This document shows, in pieces, positions 59,448 to 64,000 of a stretch of DNA of 64,000 bases. Source of the DNA: a bacterium (lineage in GTDB: Bacteria; Patescibacteriota; Dojkabacteria; SC72); the NCBI GenBank assembly GCA_021463465.1, contig JAJTYH010000002.1, positions 137,799 through 201,798 of the forward strand, written 5' to 3'. The notes beneath the pieces were generated by a model, which was given only the letters and a program-made list of their open reading frames with translations, searched no databases and was not told the origin of the DNA. Position 1 is the first letter of the stretch, and each line of letters starts with the position of its first letter. Both the position numbers and the translations under genes were made by a program.

Positions 59448-60170
59448 TCAAAAAGTAATTTTAGCCTGTGGCTGTGCCTTAGCAACTAAATCCGCAATCT
59501 GATCTAGAATTTCACCATTAACTGGAGCAACTGCAAATCTAAACATACTTCCAGCCTCTCCCTTCACTCTCTCAGGTTCCAACAACCCCACTACATTTCT
59601 AAGTAATGAACGACACGCTGGGGGATTATATTGAACAGTTAGCTGGTTCAAATCAAAAGGTACGCCATCACCTAAACGCGATTCTTTTCCATCAGTTTTA
59701 TCAAATGGCTTGCCATTGGTTGCTATAACTGTATCACCATATGAATCAGCTGCATTGTTCTTGCTATCTTCCAACTGGTCATTACTGGTTGCTACAGAAA
59801 CAATCGGATGACTGATTTCTGCAATTACTTTAAAATGTATTGTGTAGGCTCCACCAACGCCTTCTTGCCAAAAATGATTTGGCTCACTTGTTGAGCTCAG
59901 ACCTAAGTCATCATCTGCAGTCCCAGGTCGAAATCCGTCAATTAGTTCGATTAAACGGACACAACGGGGCAAAGTTCCATTATGTAATTGCCCAAACATT
60001 AATAACAAATCTCCTTTTTTCGGAAGTTCCGGCTCAGTTCTTACCATCAAATCAGTAAAAGATGATTGTTCACCTTCCAAAGTCTTCGGCAACTCATCAC
60101 GAAAAGATATTCCCACACCAGTAAAGAAGTGACTTACACCTTGCTTTAATTGATTTACTGTAACGGCCAT
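59448..60170 (-). CDS. Hypothetical protein
   Basis: 240-aa ORF with a clear upstream promoter. Confidence 0.6.
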   Translation of the reverse strand: MAVTVNQLKQGVSHFFTGVGISFRDELPKTLEGEQSSFTDLMVRTEPELPKKGDLLLMFGQLHNGTLPRCVRLIELIDGFRPGTADDDLGLSSTSEPNHFWQEGVGGAYTIHFKVIAEISHPIVSVATSNDQLEDSKNNAADSYGDTVIATNGKPFDKTDGKESRLGDGVPFDLNQLTVQYNPPACRSLLRNVVGLLEPERVKGEAGSMFRFAVAPVNGEILDQIADLVAKAQPQAKITF

Positions 60171-60198
60171 AATAATGCATTAAAAATTTTGTGAAAGG

Positions 60199-60227
60199 AT
60201 TATAGACCTATAGAGCTTAGGAATCAA
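60199..60227 (-). promoter_or_regulatory. Sigma70-type promoter for 59448-60170
   Basis: Minus strand TTGATT-17 bp-TATAAT. Confidence 0.7.
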
Positions 60228-60254
60228 TATCTGAAGTTTAATGTATAATTAAAC

Positions 60255-60958
60255 ATGACACATATAGTAGTACACACTAACCCTGCCGTCAGACAAAGAT
60301 ATTTGCTTAAACTTGTAAATCACCTATTACAAAAAGAATTCACCGATTCTCAGTTATATAATATTCCAGACCTACATTTTGTAAACGAGAAAAACGGTAG
60401 TATTGGCATTGAGATTGTAAAGGAGCTGCAAAAACAGATGATTTATAAGCCCTTTAACGAAATCTACCAGATTGGCGTCATTAGTCAGGCTCATTTACTA
60501 ACTCATGAGGCGCAAAACGCACTTCTTAAAACTCTAGAGGAGCAACCAGAGACAACTGCCTATATTTTGCTTTTAGATAACGAGAAGAATGTTCTAGAAA
60601 CAATTCTATCAAGGGGTGTTAAGCACTACGTGAAGGAGCAAGATAAAAAAAAGAAGTACAAACGGTACCAAAACCTTCAATCCTAAATTTCAATATAATA
60701 GAACAGTTCAAAACTATTGATACACTTTCCCAACAGGATACCAAGGAAGTGTTAGAACTTCTAAAAGGAATTCAACAATTCTTCCGAATACAGCTTAGAG
60801 GAGCAATCAAAAACAATGAAAATATCGACAAGATATACAGGAATATTGAAATAGTTAATACCGCATATCAACGAATAAAAGCCAATGGTAATAAGAAGCT
60901 AGTCTTAGAAAACATGATTATGCAAATAGACTATAGTAACTTGCTAAGAGGGCAGTAA
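60255..60958 (+). CDS. holB: DNA polymerase III delta' (HolB)-like clamp-loader subunit, split by a -1 frameshift at an A8 run
   Basis: SIGIE.VKEL, AHLLTHEAQNALLKTLEE, LETILSR. The -1 frame from ~60653 is open to 60958 (...NGNKKLVLENM), giving ~234 aa. Confidence 0.75.
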
Positions 60959-60995
60959 GACTATAGAATAGGAGGATATTTCCATTTCTTTACGA

Positions 60996-62909
<1,914 letters not shown>

Positions 62910-62911
62910 AT

Positions 62912-63745
62912 ATGAATACAATACTTAAAGCCATAACTTATCAGTTTGAACAGAAGAATTGGCAAGAGACACTTGGTTATCTTTTCCTAGCCTTTTTAGT
63001 TGTAGGTTTAATTTCTTTATTCATCTCATTTTCCATTCAGCTACCCGTTGAAATAATGTTGTCATATTTTAGAGAGATGGGCAAAGCTATGCCAGCGGGA
63101 GAATCTATTTCTTCACTCGTATCTTCTGGTACTAACGCCTTGAGAATCCCTGTTATCCTTTATTTGATGGGGTATTTGTTTGAAGTAGTAGGTAATGTGG
63201 TAGGTCAGAAGGAAAAATTATTTCCAACGCACGGCGATTTTTTTAATAGACTAGTAAATGGGTTCAAGCTCTGGGCAATTAATTTCATTGCGCTGCTACC
63301 CACCACTATATTGGCATTGTTAGTAATTGGTTCGATTGCTTTCGCCACATTCTTAGCTTTCTCAGCTGCCTCTAAAAGTATTTTCATGCTCCTCTTAGGC
63401 TTAGCATTATGCTTACTCTTTGTAATCGTAGTAATAGTATTCTCAGTGGTTAACGGTCTTATTACCTTTACTTCTTGGTACATTTACATCAAGACCTCGA
63501 CTTTCTCCAAAGCCATCTCTTACGGTTTAATCATTAAGAGTATTCGTACTAACGAGAGGATCCTACTTAAAGGTTATCTTTACCTGCTCGGACTCCAGTT
63601 CGTACAAGCATTTGTAGGCTTCATGAGCCTATTTATGATTTGTCTCGTATTTTTCAGCGGTCCCATAATCATGTTAGTGGGTTACTTTGCTAAAGCCTAC
63701 ATATTTGCACTTACCTACCAAAAAATGAGTAAATTAGAAGCTTAA
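62912..63745 (+). CDS. Multi-pass membrane protein (DUF4013-like) between gyrB and gyrA
   Basis: Several TM segments; YLMGYL...FP..GFKL pattern. Confidence 0.65.
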   Translation: MNTILKAITYQFEQKNWQETLGYLFLAFLVVGLISLFISFSIQLPVEIMLSYFREMGKAMPAGESISSLVSSGTNALRIPVILYLMGYLFEVVGNVVGQKEKLFPTHGDFFNRLVNGFKLWAINFIALLPTTILALLVIGSIAFATFLAFSAASKSIFMLLLGLALCLLFVIVVIVFSVVNGLITFTSWYIYIKTSTFSKAISYGLIIKSIRTNERILLKGYLYLLGLQFVQAFVGFMSLFMICLVFFSGPIIMLVGYFAKAYIFALTYQKMSKLEA

Positions 63746-63749
63746 ATGT

Positions 63750-64000
63750 ATGGATGAAAAAGAATTGAAGAAAGTAGAAGAAGCCACAACCAATCCGACA
63801 GAGGACAATAACGAAGAGTTTTTAAACAACTACACACCAGAGTTTAAGCCTGGTCAAATCGCACCTCGATCAATTACTGATGAGATGAAGGCCAACTACA
63901 TCGATTACTCGATGTCAGTAATTGTATCCAGAGCCCTTCCTGAAATTAAAGATGGTTTAAAACCCTCGCAGAGAAGAATCTTGGTAGCAATGAACGACCT
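63750..64000 (+). CDS. gyrA: DNA gyrase subunit A (3'-truncated; absent from the ORF track)
   Basis: Manual translation: MDEKELKK...[34 protein letters not shown]. Confidence 0.95.
   Translation, partial: MDEKELKKVEEATTNPTEDNNEEFLNNYTPEFKPGQIAPRSITDEMKANYIDYSMSVIVSRALPEIKDGLKPSQRRILVAMND

Noticed and set aside
57028-60213. Shared 11-mer TAGACCTATAG in two divergent promoter regions (57028-57038 and 60203-60213)
   Set aside because: Two copies of an 11-mer in AT-rich intergenic DNA can arise by chance; no third full copy was seen.

Overview
A gene-dense, AT-rich bacterial chromosome segment using genetic code 11. The compact architecture, rarity of Shine-Dalgarno sites, full type IV pilus set, sortase and large LamG surface proteins suggest Patescibacteria/CPR; this assignment is inference. 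Contents in order: a 5'-truncated LamG/FN3 surface protein, rsmD, thrS-infC-rpmI-rplT-pheST, a class A PBP, hisS, an atypical OmpR-type regulator, mutS, a degenerate PEP-synthase-like gene, a JAB-domain gene, a sortase with a divergent substrate, tig-clpP, tRNA-Val(GAC), dus, a repeat surface protein, a membrane-anchored Clp ATPase with a small membrane partner, rpmF-nusB-rnc-rpsP-khpA, an ~18 kb minus-strand type IV pilus locus containing a sulfotransferase, holB (frameshifted), gyrB (one internal TGA) and the start of gyrA. The best-supported feature missing from the ORF track is a complete leader-peptide attenuator upstream of hisS (MRKTYMTALHHHMGH* with mutually exclusive antiterminator and terminator). 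A simpler uORF-plus-terminator lies upstream of thrS. Together they suggest aminoacyl-tRNA synthetase genes are controlled by near-leaderless uORFs. Other candidates: a His-to-Glu PEP-synthase pseudoenzyme, the membrane-tethered Clp ATPase pair, and possible pilus sulfation with an unusual Y-x-[G/A] prepilin cleavage motif. No CRISPR array, rRNA or transposase was seen.
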